From: an uncultured Clostridia bacterium
GTDB lineage: Bacteria; Bacillota; Clostridia; Oscillospirales; Oscillospiraceae
NCBI GenBank assembly: GCA_932222125.1
Contig: CAKNZJ010000249.1
Span: 46,745-110,744 of the forward strand
DNA: 64,000 bases
Direction: 5' to 3'
The translations under genes and the position numbers were made by a program. A model generated the notes under the pieces. It worked only from the letters and a program-made list of their open reading frames with translations, was not told where the DNA came from and ran no database searches. Of this stretch, positions 27,549-37,007 are shown one piece after another (positions within the stretch are counted from its first letter, which is position 1; the number at the start of each line of letters is the position of its first letter).

Positions 27549-28448
27549 ATGGTATTAGAAGTGAGAAATATAGAAAAATCCTTTGGTGAGAAACAGGTGT
27601 TGAGCGGGGTGTCTTTTCAGGCCGAGGGGGGAAAGGCATTTGGTTTGCTTGGCAGAAATGGGGCAGGGAAAACGACGTCTATCCGTATCCTGATGGATGT
27701 ATTTCCCGCAAATAGCGGCCAGGTACTGATAGATGGCCAGACCATTGATTATAAGCGGATACGGATTGGTTATCTTCCGGAAGAGAGGGGCCTGTATCCC
27801 AAAAAGATCATCATCGACCAGCTTACATATTTTGCGGCGCTGAAGGGTATGCGTGGTAAAGAGGCGGTAAAAGCAGTGGATTACTGGCTGGAGAGGCTGG
27901 GCATGGCCGAGTACCGTAACAAACGGCTGGACACGCTCTCCAAGGGGAATCAGCAGAAGATTCAGCTCATCACAGCGCTGGCCCATGATCCGGAGATTGT
28001 CATACTGGATGAGCCTTTCTCCGGGTTGGATCCTGTAAACGCGATGCTGCTTAAGGATATTGTCAAGGAACAGATTTCCAAGGGGAAAATTGTGCTGTTC
28101 TCAAGTCACCAGATGAACTATATTGAGGAGTTCTGTGACAGCATCGCCATTCTCAATGCCGGTAAAATTGCCTTGTGCGGCAACCTTCGCGACATCAAAC
28201 GCAACTATGTACGGGATCGTTTAGTGGTGCGCACTGAACACCCGGAGCAGATCGAGGATGACCTGGGCGGCGCTTGCTCAAGGCTGGGGGACGGCAGCCT
28301 GATGATTCAGCTTACGTCCGCCGGTGAGAAGCGGGAAATGATGAAACGGCTGGTGGAGCATTACGACATTGACGAAGTGAAGGTGTTTGAACCATCGCTC
28401 AATGACATCTTTGTAAAGCATGCCAGTAACGCCGTGAAGGAGGACTGA
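27549..28448 (+). CDS. ABC transporter ATP-binding protein (ABC-2 / NatA-like)
   Basis: ATG 27549 lies 8 nt after GGAGGG; the tracked ATG 27543 is only 2 nt away. Walker A GRNGAGKTT and signature LSKGNQQK. Confidence 0.85.
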   Translation: MVLEVRNIEKSFGEKQVLSGVSFQAEGGKAFGLLGRNGAGKTTSIRILMDVFPANSGQVLIDGQTIDYKRIRIGYLPEERGLYPKKIIIDQLTYFAALKGMRGKEAVKAVDYWLERLGMAEYRNKRLDTLSKGNQQKIQLITALAHDPEIVILDEPFSGLDPVNAMLLKDIVKEQISKGKIVLFSSHQMNYIEEFCDSIAILNAGKIALCGNLRDIKRNYVRDRLVVRTEHPEQIEDDLGGACSRLGDGSLMIQLTSAGEKREMMKRLVEHYDIDEVKVFEPSLNDIFVKHASNAVKED

Positions 28449-28450
28449 CA

Positions 28451-29692
28451 ATGGCACAGTTTGGAACGATATTCAAGTTTGAGTTGAAATATTATCTGAA
28501 AAATAAGATATTTGTAGGTATTACTCTGTTTTTTGTGCTGCTGATCGCAGTCGTCATGTTTCTTCCCCGGGTGATGGCATTGGTGAGCCGTGACGATGGA
28601 AGCGAAGTGCCTGCTGAGCGTGAGGTCATGCTGGTGAAGGTTCATCAGCCGGAGCAGGCGGAAATGTTTATAGAGTCCTTTGCCGGGGTGTTTGCCGGCT
28701 ATGATGTGCGGTCCACTGGGCAGGACCTGGATGAGATCAAAGAGGAAATCGCAGCCGGAAACGCAAAGTGTGCCTTTATTTTGACCGGCGCCACGTCGTA
28801 CATTTACTATGTGGATAATCTTTCACTCTATGATATGAATACGGAGATGGCTGATGAGGCGTTGCGAAACGTCTATCGCATGAGTGCGATGATTGAGGGG
28901 GGCATGACAGCAGAGCAGGCCAGTGCGGCGATGAATGTGGAGATCACCGGCCAGGTGGAGAGCTTGGGTAAGGATCAGATACAAACGTTTTTCTATACCT
29001 ATATCATGATTTTTGCGCTGTATATGGTCATTCTTCTCTATGGGCAGATGGTCTCCGCTAACGTTGCAGCCGAGAAAAGCTCCAGGGCTATGGAAGTGCT
29101 GATCACAAGCGCGAAGCCCACCAGCATGATGTTTGGAAAGGTGCTTGCCTCTTGTCTGGCCGGACTGATCCAGCTGGTGGCCATTTTTGGCTCTGCGCTC
29201 ATTTTTTACAATCTTAACCATGCCTATTGGGAGGGTATTGGAATCATTGCTGCAATCTTTAATATCCCGCTGGAGCTGTTGTTCTACATGCTGTTGTTCT
29301 TTGTGCTTGGCTTCCTGATCTACGCGTTCTTGTTTGGAGCGATTGGCTCTACGGCCACAAAGCTGGAGGATATCAATACCTCTACCATGCCGCTGATGTT
29401 TCTGTTCATTGCTGCCTTTATCGTGGTGATGGCATCCATGTCTTCCGGCACGGTGGATAACATTGTGATGATAATCTGCTCTTATATCCCATTTACATCG
29501 CCTATGGCCATGTTCACACGGATTGCCATGAGTACTGTGCTGTGGTATGAGGTGGTCATTTCCATTGCCATCCTGATCGGCTCTGTGATTGGTATAGGCA
29601 TTATGTCGGCAAAGATATACCGTGTGGGGGTTCTGCTCTATGGAACCACGCCAAAAATCAGTTCCGTAATCAAGGCTGTGATTAGGGCATAA
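28451..29692 (+). CDS. ABC-2 type permease (NatB-like)
   Basis: One N-terminal TM helix, a large extracytoplasmic loop, then 5-6 C-terminal TM helices. Starts 2 nt after the ATPase stop. Confidence 0.75.
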   Translation: MAQFGTIFKFELKYYLKNKIFVGITLFFVLLIAVVMFLPRVMALVSRDDGSEVPAEREVMLVKVHQPEQAEMFIESFAGVFAGYDVRSTGQDLDEIKEEIAAGNAKCAFILTGATSYIYYVDNLSLYDMNTEMADEALRNVYRMSAMIEGGMTAEQASAAMNVEITGQVESLGKDQIQTFFYTYIMIFALYMVILLYGQMVSANVAAEKSSRAMEVLITSAKPTSMMFGKVLASCLAGLIQLVAIFGSALIFYNLNHAYWEGIGIIAAIFNIPLELLFYMLLFFVLGFLIYAFLFGAIGSTATKLEDINTSTMPLMFLFIAAFIVVMASMSSGTVDNIVMIICSYIPFTSPMAMFTRIAMSTVLWYEVVISIAILIGSVIGIGIMSAKIYRVGVLLYGTTPKISSVIKAVIRA

Positions 29693-29720
29693 TGTGTGAA
29701 TAAGTACCATGATGCAAAAA

Positions 29721-29750
29721 GGGCATTGCTTTCGGCAATGCCCTTTTTTT
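29721..29750 (+). terminator. rho-independent terminator
   Basis: GGGCATTGC tttcg GCAATGCCC followed by TTTTTTT. Confidence 0.8.
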
Positions 29751-29957
29751 GATTGGACCGGTTGGTCAGTTGAGGCATACAGCTTGAGGATTTGCAGGGA
29801 AGGATAGAAGGAGCGCGGGCACAAATGGTAGTGGTGAGATTTAAAATGCACAAGAGATATATGTTGTGTCCCTTGTGTGTCTCTACTTACACCAGAAAAT
29901 GGATCATGTTGTGTGCTGGATTCTATCAATGACCTGTGGACAACGGATGGCAGCCAC

Positions 29958-30305
29958 TTATTCTTTGATAAACGGTACGCCTTCTTTTAGTATATTTAAT
30001 ACAACAGCCAATTGATTGTCCGTGCAATTCTCTAATAGCTCATATATCTTTTGCAAATAAATATATTTTTCCGGGTTTCTTTTTTCTTCTGTACTTGGCA
30101 GTGTGATGATATCATTTGCAGTAACTCCAAAATATTCTATTAAATCAACCAATTTATCTAGACTGAACCGGCGTTCACCCCGTTCACACTGGCCTAAATA
30201 GTTTGTCTCGGTTTCTAAGATTTGGGCCAATTTTTCAAGAGTCAGCCCCTTCAGCTTTCTGTATTTTCTAATGTTTTTGCCAATCTCAAAAGATAACTCA
30301 TCCAT
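29958..30305 (-). CDS. XRE-family helix-turn-helix regulator (115 aa)
   Basis: ATG 30305 behind GAGAAAGGCGG. HTH reads IRKYRKLKGLTLEKLAQILETETNYLGQCERGERRFS. The region is very AT-rich. Confidence 0.8.
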   Translation of the reverse strand: MDELSFEIGKNIRKYRKLKGLTLEKLAQILETETNYLGQCERGERRFSLDKLVDLIEYFGVTANDIITLPSTEEKRNPEKYIYLQKIYELLENCTDNQLAVVLNILKEGVPFIKE

Positions 30306-30370
30306 ATACACACCGCCTTTCTCCACTAGTATTTTACAGATAGGGGACATAATAAACGAGCTACGCAATG

Positions 30371-30407
30371 CAATCTATTACATTGCAATTTGCAATGTAA
30401 TAGATTG
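30371..30407. promoter_or_regulatory. 37-bp perfect palindrome; candidate operator overlapping divergent promoters
   Basis: CAATCTATTACATTGCAA t TTGCAATGTAATAGATTG. Its right end overlaps TTGACA (30405-30410), which sits 18 nt upstream of TATACT. Confidence 0.6.
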
Positions 30408-30550
30408 ACACACGCATATTGCTTGTGATATACTTGCAATTAGAAAGTGTCAGAAGAAAAGAGACAAAATATAAGGTGCAGATTGATACTGGAACTCCAG
30501 GGTGCAAAACAGATGGTGAAATGGCGGTTCCGTAAGGAGAGCGTGGCTAT

Positions 30551-31510
30551 ATGGATCAGATTGCGGTGCTAATCCCTTGCTATAATGAGAGCAAGACAAT
30601 TGCTAAAGTGGTGACTGACTGGAAAAAGGAGCTTCCAGAGGCCACCATTTATGTATACGATAATAATTCGGAGGACCATACGGATGATATTGCCCGTGAA
30701 GCAGGGGCAGTTGTGCGTTATGAGTACATGCAGGGCAAGGGGAATGTGATCAGAAGGATGTTTCGGGAGATCGATGCCCAATGTTATATTATGGTTGATG
30801 GAGATGACACGTATCCTGCGAATGCTGGAAGAGTGATGGCGGATGAAATTCTCAATCATGGGGTAGACATGGTGGTGGGCGACCGGCTGTCATCTACATA
30901 CTTTACGGAAAACAAACGGCCCTTCCACAATGCAGGAAATTCAGCGACTAGATTATTTATTAATCGTCTGTTTGACTCTGACATTCAAGATATTATGACA
31001 GGACTGCGGGCATTTAGCTTTCAATTTGTCAAAACATTTCCGGTGCTGTCAAGGGGCTTTGAAATTGAGACAGAGATGACGATCCATGCGGTAGATAAGA
31101 ATATGTATGTCAAGAATTGTGTGATTGAATACAGGGACCGTCCAGAGGGGAGCGAGTCCAAGCTCAATACCATTCAGGACGGGATTAAGGTACTAAAAAC
31201 CATTTTTAATCTTTTTAAAAACTATAAGCCCATGAGTTTCTTTGGAACGATGGGGCTGATTTTATTTATGTTGGGTCTTGTCTTTTCTATTCCGATTGTT
31301 CTGGATTATCTGGGCACGGGGCTGGTAGAACGCTTTCCCACGTTGATTGCGTGTGGATTCGCTATAGTGGCGGCCCTGTTGTCAATATTTTCTGGGCTAA
31401 TTTTACAGACTATGATTCAGAAAAACCGGCAGGAATTTGAATTCAGACTGCAGTTGGCACAAGATTTATATAGTATGCGTTTGCGGCGGAACGAAAAGGA
31501 GAACGGCTGA
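30551..31510 (+). CDS. family 2 glycosyltransferase with two C-terminal TM helices (GtrB/CsbB-like polyprenol-phosphate glycosyltransferase)
   Basis: VLIPCYNE, the DxD motif VDGDDTY, and C-terminal hydrophobic helices. Confidence 0.85.
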   Translation: MDQIAVLIPCYNESKTIAKVVTDWKKELPEATIYVYDNNSEDHTDDIAREAGAVVRYEYMQGKGNVIRRMFREIDAQCYIMVDGDDTYPANAGRVMADEILNHGVDMVVGDRLSSTYFTENKRPFHNAGNSATRLFINRLFDSDIQDIMTGLRAFSFQFVKTFPVLSRGFEIETEMTIHAVDKNMYVKNCVIEYRDRPEGSESKLNTIQDGIKVLKTIFNLFKNYKPMSFFGTMGLILFMLGLVFSIPIVLDYLGTGLVERFPTLIACGFAIVAALLSIFSGLILQTMIQKNRQEFEFRLQLAQDLYSMRLRRNEKENG

Positions 31511-33576
31511 TGGGGATCAAAAAGCTGGTTCAATTTATCTTGGTGGCGTTATGGATGGCTTTGCTATACGGCACAGACGCTCGCTACCAGGTATATATCG
31601 TGTGCGGGATTGTGGCGGCGTTCTCTCTCTACCGATTTGGGAATCAGGCCAAGGCAGGAGATAAGGTGACAATTCGTGTGCTTGCAGTGGTTTTGGCATT
31701 CCTTGTTCTGCTGGCTAACTATCCGGTTTATAAAGAGGGCCACATGGCCTACAATGTGGCCCTCTTTACCCTGCTGCTCGTGGGAGGAGCACAGGTATTC
31801 CAATCCATCTCCATTCTGTTGTTTCACTGGTTTGACTGCGAAAAAAGAGCAAAGGTGCAGGACATCACCAGCAGGAAAGAGCGGCTCTGTTTCTTTTTGG
31901 GGCCCTTTATCCTCATCGCGGTGATTGATCTGGGCTATTTATTTTTGGCCGCGTATCCGGGGGTTTTGACGCCAGACAGTGTAAGCCAAGTGAGACAGCT
32001 GATGACGAATGTGTATTCCAACCATCATCCCTTTTGGCATACCATGCTGATCAAGCTGTGGATCAGCGTTGGGTTGACCATCTTTGGAAACATGAACGCC
32101 GCAGTTGTTCTGTACTCTGTGTTTCAGATTCTCTGTATGGCAGCCATATTTGCCTTTGTGGTGCTGACCATTTACCAGTCGTCCCACAGGCCGCTGTATG
32201 CCATCCTCGCCTGGGTTTATTTCGCGGTGATGCCATATCACATCGCATACAGCTGCACTATGTGGAAGGATGTTCTGTTTGGAGCTTGTGTGGCACTGTT
32301 GATCACCGCAGTGTTTCGCATTTTGACAAGGGTAGGCCGGCAGAACTGGATAAACTATTTCGTGTTGTGTGTCAGCGGTATAGGGACTGGTATCTTACGG
32401 AGCAACGGATGGCTGGCGTTGGCTGTATCCGGGGTTGTCTTTGCCATTTGCTTGAGAAGGAAGAACGCCAAAATAGTGGTGACGGTATTGAGTTTGATCG
32501 TTATTTCAGGGATCATCAAGGGACCTGTGATTAAGCTGTTGGATGTGAGTGATCCTGCATTTGCGGAATCGCTCTCCATTCCCATACAGCAGGTCGCCAG
32601 GGTAATTGCTGACGGCAAGGAGCTAACTGAGGATCAAAGGGAGCTGATTGAGCAGGTTATTCCCATGGAACTGTTGGCGAAAGATTATAAAAGCTATATT
32701 TCAGACCCAATCAAAGGGGTGCTTTCAAAGGCGGAAGCCGGAGCATATTTACAAGAACGCAAGGGGGATTTTTTCAGACTTTGGCTTACCCTAGGAATGC
32801 GGTATCCTGGAGAGTATGTCAAGGCATGGGTGGACCAGACCAAGGGGTATTGGAACGGGGGATATGATTACCCGTATGTGGCTTTAGATATAAAGGCATC
32901 AGCAGGGGAATATGGCATATCACAGGTTATAAACAGCCCCATAGTGGCGCGGCTGTTCCGGGGTTATTTTGGAATATTTAGACCAGTGTTTGGAACCGTA
33001 CTCAGCATTGGCATATACGTCTGGCTGGTACTGATTATATTTGCGTATCTGATCAACAGGAGAAATGTCAACGCACTGCTCTGTGTACCAATCATCGCCA
33101 TCGTATTGACCTTGTTGGTGGCAACTCCAGTGGCATATGAGTTCAGATACATCTACGCTATCTTTACCAGCATTCCGTTGTTGCTGTACGTGGCCCGTGA
33201 GTTTCCCACCTTCGCAAAAGGTGCAGCGGAGGACTGTGAAAAATATGGCGGAACACAGAAAAAAGCAAGGGCCAGAACCGTTTCCGGTTCTGGCCCTTGC
33301 AGATTACCAATCCTTTTCAAAGGTCAGATTCCAGTCGACGGAATAAGGATTGTGCGCATCTGCTTTGAGGGTTTCAAAAATCTCTTTGCGCTCGTAGGAG
33401 TCAGAATCAGGGTTTTGAATATCATCCTCATTCCAATACTGGAAGCCGTAGAGATAGCTTTGCACCATCTCATCCCAAGAGGAAAAGGTGGACTGGAGCC
33501 GGGTGGCGACCTCCAGAGAGGCGTCCATGGCCTCCTCATAGGTGTAGTACCCAGCCAGGTAGTACCAGGCGCATAG
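31510..33576 (+). CDS. large polytopic membrane protein, GT-C-like / DUF6020-like candidate extracytoplasmic glycosyltransferase; 3' end uncertain
   Basis: TGATG start/stop overlap with the GT2 gene (1 nt shared). About 14 hydrophobic helices and the motif YSNHHPFWHT. The ORF runs through the terminator of the convergent gene and overlaps that gene by about 270 nt. Confidence 0.6.
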   Translation: MGIKKLVQFILVALWMALLYGTDARYQVYIVCGIVAAFSLYRFGNQAKAGDKVTIRVLAVVLAFLVLLANYPVYKEGHMAYNVALFTLLLVGGAQVFQSISILLFHWFDCEKRAKVQDITSRKERLCFFLGPFILIAVIDLGYLFLAAYPGVLTPDSVSQVRQLMTNVYSNHHPFWHTMLIKLWISVGLTIFGNMNAAVVLYSVFQILCMAAIFAFVVLTIYQSSHRPLYAILAWVYFAVMPYHIAYSCTMWKDVLFGACVALLITAVFRILTRVGRQNWINYFVLCVSGIGTGILRSNGWLALAVSGVVFAICLRRKNAKIVVTVLSLIVISGIIKGPVIKLLDVSDPAFAESLSIPIQQVARVIADGKELTEDQRELIEQVIPMELLAKDYKSYISDPIKGVLSKAEAGAYLQERKGDFFRLWLTLGMRYPGEYVKAWVDQTKGYWNGGYDYPYVALDIKASAGEYGISQVINSPIVARLFRGYFGIFRPVFGTVLSIGIYVWLVLIIFAYLINRRNVNALLCVPIIAIVLTLLVATPVAYEFRYIYAIFTSIPLLLYVAREFPTFAKGAAEDCEKYGGTQKKARARTVSGSGPCRLPILFKGQIPVDGIRIVRICFEGFKNLFALVGVRIRVLNIILIPILEAVEIALHHLIPRGKGGLEPGGDLQRGVHGLLIGVVPSQVVPGA
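33257..33299 (-). terminator. terminator of the DUF1266 lipoprotein gene
   Basis: 15-bp stem CAAGGGCCAGAACCG / CGGTTCTGGCCCTTG with a T-run on the minus strand. It begins 4 nt after the stop. Confidence 0.75.
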
Positions 33577-34059
33577 ATTCATTGCCCGACTCAGATCCCA
33601 GCCTACGATGGCGCTGTCGCCGAACTGGGCGTGGGCATCGTATATCACCAGGAAGAAGGGGGCGTCCTCCTCGGAAATCCCATAAGACAGTATTTCCAGA
33701 AGGTCATCCCGGGTCAGATCATCCATCTCAAACTCACGAAAATTGGCCAGAAGCTGGGCGTTATGTCCCTCCTCCAGTAGCCACTGGAGGGTTTCATCTG
33801 CCGAGGCCCTGTCGACTACATCCCAGCTCTGCTCTAAGAGGTCGATCACCTGGACTTTGGACAGAGCATTGGCTTCTACGCCGCCTATCAGATTGAGATC
33901 GCCGCCATTTTTTGTGGTGAGAACAGCATAGGTGGCATTGAACCAACGCAGGGTATCCGATGAGACGGGGGACTCCTTGCCGCCTGTGGTATTGCAGCCG
34001 GGCAACAGGATAAGTAGGGCCAGCGCCATGGCCAGTATGGAACAGACCGTTTTTTTCAT
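33304..34059 (-). CDS. DUF1266 domain lipoprotein
   Basis: ATG 34059 behind GGGAGGAA. Lipobox LLPGC, and a GWDLSRAMNLCAWYYLAGY motif typical of DUF1266. Confidence 0.7.
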   Translation of the reverse strand: MKKTVCSILAMALALLILLPGCNTTGGKESPVSSDTLRWFNATYAVLTTKNGGDLNLIGGVEANALSKVQVIDLLEQSWDVVDRASADETLQWLLEEGHNAQLLANFREFEMDDLTRDDLLEILSYGISEEDAPFFLVIYDAHAQFGDSAIVGWDLSRAMNLCAWYYLAGYYTYEEAMDASLEVATRLQSTFSSWDEMVQSYLYGFQYWNEDDIQNPDSDSYERKEIFETLKADAHNPYSVDWNLTFEKDW

Positions 34060-34386
34060 TAGATTTTTCCTCCCTGATTCATCTCTCATGCACAGTGGCC
34101 GGATAGAGGTAGCTGCTCTTATCCTGCCACAGAATGGGACGTAATGTCTCAATATATTTTAATGAAGCTGCATCCCAAAGTCAAGTGAGCGACAGGTTTG
34201 CTCTTGTGAAGATGGCGCGGACGGCACACAACTCCGGTCGCTTCACTAACGCGCCTTGTATCAGGTAGACGCCGGTGGTGACGTGAAAAAGAACAAATTG
34301 GAGATGATGGAGGCATTGCAAAAGGTGAGAAAGATGATAGTGGGCTTGTGGATGTATTGGGGTTAGGGAGGTGAGAGGAAAGGGGG

Positions 34387-34415
34387 TTGACTTTTGCCGC
34401 ACAGTGGTTTATGAT
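34387..34415 (+). promoter_or_regulatory. promoter of the trp T-box leader
   Basis: TTGACT, a 17-nt spacer, then TATGAT. Confidence 0.5.
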
Positions 34416-34421
34416 AATGAC

Positions 34422-34713
34422 AATTCAATCTGTTGTTCTTGAAACCGTTGAAGCGGAGATAACGGCGGCGATGCTCTCACAGAGAGTCCGGGTGGCTGGG
34501 AACCGGGCAGAAAACAAACCGTCAAATGGACCGCTGAGGGCGCAGTCAAAGGCTATGGCCGAGTATTCTGCGACGTTTGGGCACACGTCAGTTGCCGGGG
34601 ATATGTTGGTATCCTGCTAAGGGCATGGCTGATAGGCTGTGAATCAAGGTGGCACCGCGGATAATTGTTTATTCGTCCTTGACAGAATTTATTTTCTGCC
34701 AAGGACTTTTTTT
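34422..34713 (+). promoter_or_regulatory. T-box leader, Trp specifier (TGG at 34527-34529)
   Basis: AGAGAG (34481-34486) and GGTGG (34491-34495). The specifier context is AAATGGA. T-box sequence AATCAAGGTGGCACCGCGG (34642-34660). Terminator GTCCTTG...CAAGGAC TTTTTTT (34675-34713). Confidence 0.8.
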
Positions 34714-34770
34714 ATCCCTTTGGTTAGGGGGATGGACAGGGGGGCAGAGGGTGAGGAGGCAGTCCAATGA

Positions 34771-34923
34771 TGTACCATCAAGGAAGGGATAGGTGCTGGG
34801 TATGGTATGCGCCGACCGATAGAAGTGGGATTTGGAGTGGAGACCGATGGCGAGCCGGTCAAGGGAAGGATTGATACTGCGGCAGAACAAATGCATGGTA
34901 AAGAACAGGAGGAATGTATATGA
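34771..34923 (+). pseudogene. possible 3' remnant of trpF (speculative)
   Basis: The 50-codon frame ends in TGA overlapping the trpB ATG (ATGA). The segment RPIEVGFGVETDGEPVKGRIDTAAEQM resembles the P-x-G-V-D-V-SSGVE-x-x-G-x-KD-x-x-K-I tail of PRA isomerases. Confidence 0.3.
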
Positions 34924-36110
34924 CAAACCAGGCGGGGCGCTTTGGCGTCCACGGCGGACAGTATGTCCCGGAGATCTTGATGAATACACTGAACGAGTTG
35001 GAGCGGGCGTATAACCACTATAAGAACGATCCGCAGTTCCAGAGGGAACTGACCAATCTGCTCCAGGAATATGGGGGCAGGCCATCCCGGTTATACTTGG
35101 CCCAAAAGCTGACCAAGAAGCTAGGTGGGGCGAAGATTTATCTAAAGCGGGAGGATCTCAACCATACCGGTTCCCACAAGATCAATAATGTGCTGGGGCA
35201 AGCTCTGTTGGCAAAGAAGATGGGCAAAGGCAGATTGATCGCGGAGACAGGCGCCGGACAGCACGGGGTGGCCACCGCCACTGCCGCGGCTCTGATGGAC
35301 ATGGAGTGCGTGATATTTATGGGGGAGGAGGATACCAGACGGCAGGCACTGAATGTCTATAAAATGCGCCTGCTGGGAGCGAAGGTGATACCGGTGAGGG
35401 AGGGCACGGCCACCCTGAAGGATGCCGTATCTCAGGCAATGGGGGAGTGGGTTAGCCGTATAGATGACACCCACTACTGTCTGGGCTCTGCGGTGGGGCC
35501 CCATCCATTTCCCGCCATGGTCCGGGACTTCCAGGCGGTGATCTCCAGAGAGATCAGGGAGCAAATTATAGAGAAGGAGGGAAGGCTACCTGATGCGGTG
35601 ATTGCCTGTGTGGGGGGAGGATCCAATGCTATTGGAAGCTTCTACCACTTTATTGAGGATCGGGAGGTAGCCCTCATTGGCTGCGAGGCCGCCGGCAGAG
35701 GGGTGGATACGTTGGAGACGGCGGCCACCGTCAATACGGGCAGGCTGGGTATTTTTCACGGCATGAAATCCTACTTCTGCCAGGATGGCTATGGGCAGAT
35801 TGCCCCGGTCTACTCCATTTCTGCCGGGTTGGACTATCCCGGAGTTGGGCCTGAGCACGCCCACCTCTATGACTTGGGCCGAGCCAAATATGTACCCATC
35901 ACCGATGACGAGGCGGTGGAGGCATTTGAAGTGCTTTCCCGGGAGGAGGGAATCATCCCGGCGATTGAGTCGTCCCATGCCATAGCCTATGGAATGAGGC
36001 TGGCTCCCCAGATGGGACAGGATCAGATCATTGTGATCACGCTGTCCGGCCGGGGGGATAAAGATTGTGCTGCCATTGCCCGATACAGGGGGGAGGATAT
36101 CTATGAGTAA
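34920..36110 (+). CDS. trpB: tryptophan synthase beta chain
   Basis: ATG 34920 lies 8 nt after [19 protein letters not shown] and the PLP lysine motif HTGSHKINN. Confidence 0.95.
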   Translation: MTNQAGRFGVHGGQYVPEILMNTLNELERAYNHYKNDPQFQRELTNLLQEYGGRPSRLYLAQKLTKKLGGAKIYLKREDLNHTGSHKINNVLGQALLAKKMGKGRLIAETGAGQHGVATATAAALMDMECVIFMGEEDTRRQALNVYKMRLLGAKVIPVREGTATLKDAVSQAMGEWVSRIDDTHYCLGSAVGPHPFPAMVRDFQAVISREIREQIIEKEGRLPDAVIACVGGGSNAIGSFYHFIEDREVALIGCEAAGRGVDTLETAATVNTGRLGIFHGMKSYFCQDGYGQIAPVYSISAGLDYPGVGPEHAHLYDLGRAKYVPITDDEAVEAFEVLSREEGIIPAIESSHAIAYGMRLAPQMGQDQIIVITLSGRGDKDCAAIARYRGEDIYE

Positions 36111-36879
36111 GATACAAGGAGCATTCCAAAACGGAAAGGCTTTGATGCCGTTTCTCACTTGTGGGGACCCGGATTTGGGCACCACCGCCCAGCTGGTTCG
36201 TGCCATGGCGGAGCATGGCGCTGATCTTATTGAGTTGGGAATCCCATTTTCTGATCCAACCGCCGTGAGTCCCCCGATACAAGAGGCCAACCTGCGGGCG
36301 TTGGCAGGAGGTGTTACAACAGACAGTGTCCTTCACTTAGTGCGGACGCTGCGCCAAGATGTGGATATCCCTCTGGTGTTCACGACCTATGCCAATGTGG
36401 TGTTTTCCTATGGTACGGAGCGATTTCTCTCCGCCTGCGCTGAAATCGGGGTGGACGGGCTGAGCCTGACGGACGTTCCATATGAGGAGCGGGAGGATTT
36501 CTTGCCCCTGTGCCGGCAATATGGGGTAGACTTGATTGCCACGGTGGCCCCGACCTCTGGCAGCCGCGTTGCTGCCATTGCCAAGGAGGGCAGCGGATTT
36601 CTGTATATCATCTCCGGCCCTGGGAGGGATGGGGCGGATGGCGGTATCCGCAACGATATTGCCGCCCTGGCTGCGCAGGCCAAGGCCAATGCCGCCATTC
36701 CGTGTGTAGTGAGCTGCGGCGTATCCACGCCGGAGCAGGTAGCCGCTGTGGCACGGCACGGGGATGGCATGGCAGTAGGGTCTGTCATCGTCAAGCTGGT
36801 GGCTGAATATGGGCGTGAAGCAGTCAGACCTGTGGCAGACTATGTGAGGAAGATGAAACAGAGTCTGGAGGGACTTTGA
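36103..36879 (+). CDS. trpA: tryptophan synthase alpha chain
   Basis: ATG 36103 behind GGAGG, 8-nt overlap with trp[12 protein letters not shown] and ELGIPFSDP motifs. Confidence 0.9.
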   Translation: MSKIQGAFQNGKALMPFLTCGDPDLGTTAQLVRAMAEHGADLIELGIPFSDPTAVSPPIQEANLRALAGGVTTDSVLHLVRTLRQDVDIPLVFTTYANVVFSYGTERFLSACAEIGVDGLSLTDVPYEEREDFLPLCRQYGVDLIATVAPTSGSRVAAIAKEGSGFLYIISGPGRDGADGGIRNDIAALAAQAKANAAIPCVVSCGVSTPEQVAAVARHGDGMAVGSVIVKLVAEYGREAVRPVADYVRKMKQSLEGL

Positions 36880-37007
36880 GGAAAACCATCCGCGGGATAT
36901 CTCATCTGGAAGGTCAAATATGTCAACCCAGTGGAAGATGAACGAAATCAGATGAGATAGGGAATACTACCCTTCACTCAAAACGCTGAAAGGAGCAGTG
37001 GATGAGA

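Noticed and set aside
29825-29932. 35-codon Cys-containing ORF (MVVVRFKMHKRYMLCPLCVSTYTRKWIMLCAGFYQ) between the ABC operon and the XRE gene
   Set aside because: Only a distant GAAGGAG (11-nt spacing), and no promoter or terminator that I can point to. There is too little evidence.
36898-36959. 11-bp inverted repeat TATCTCATCTG...CAGATGAGATA after trpA
   Set aside because: The 40-nt loop and lack of a T-run make it, at best, a weak terminator. Nothing else supports a function.
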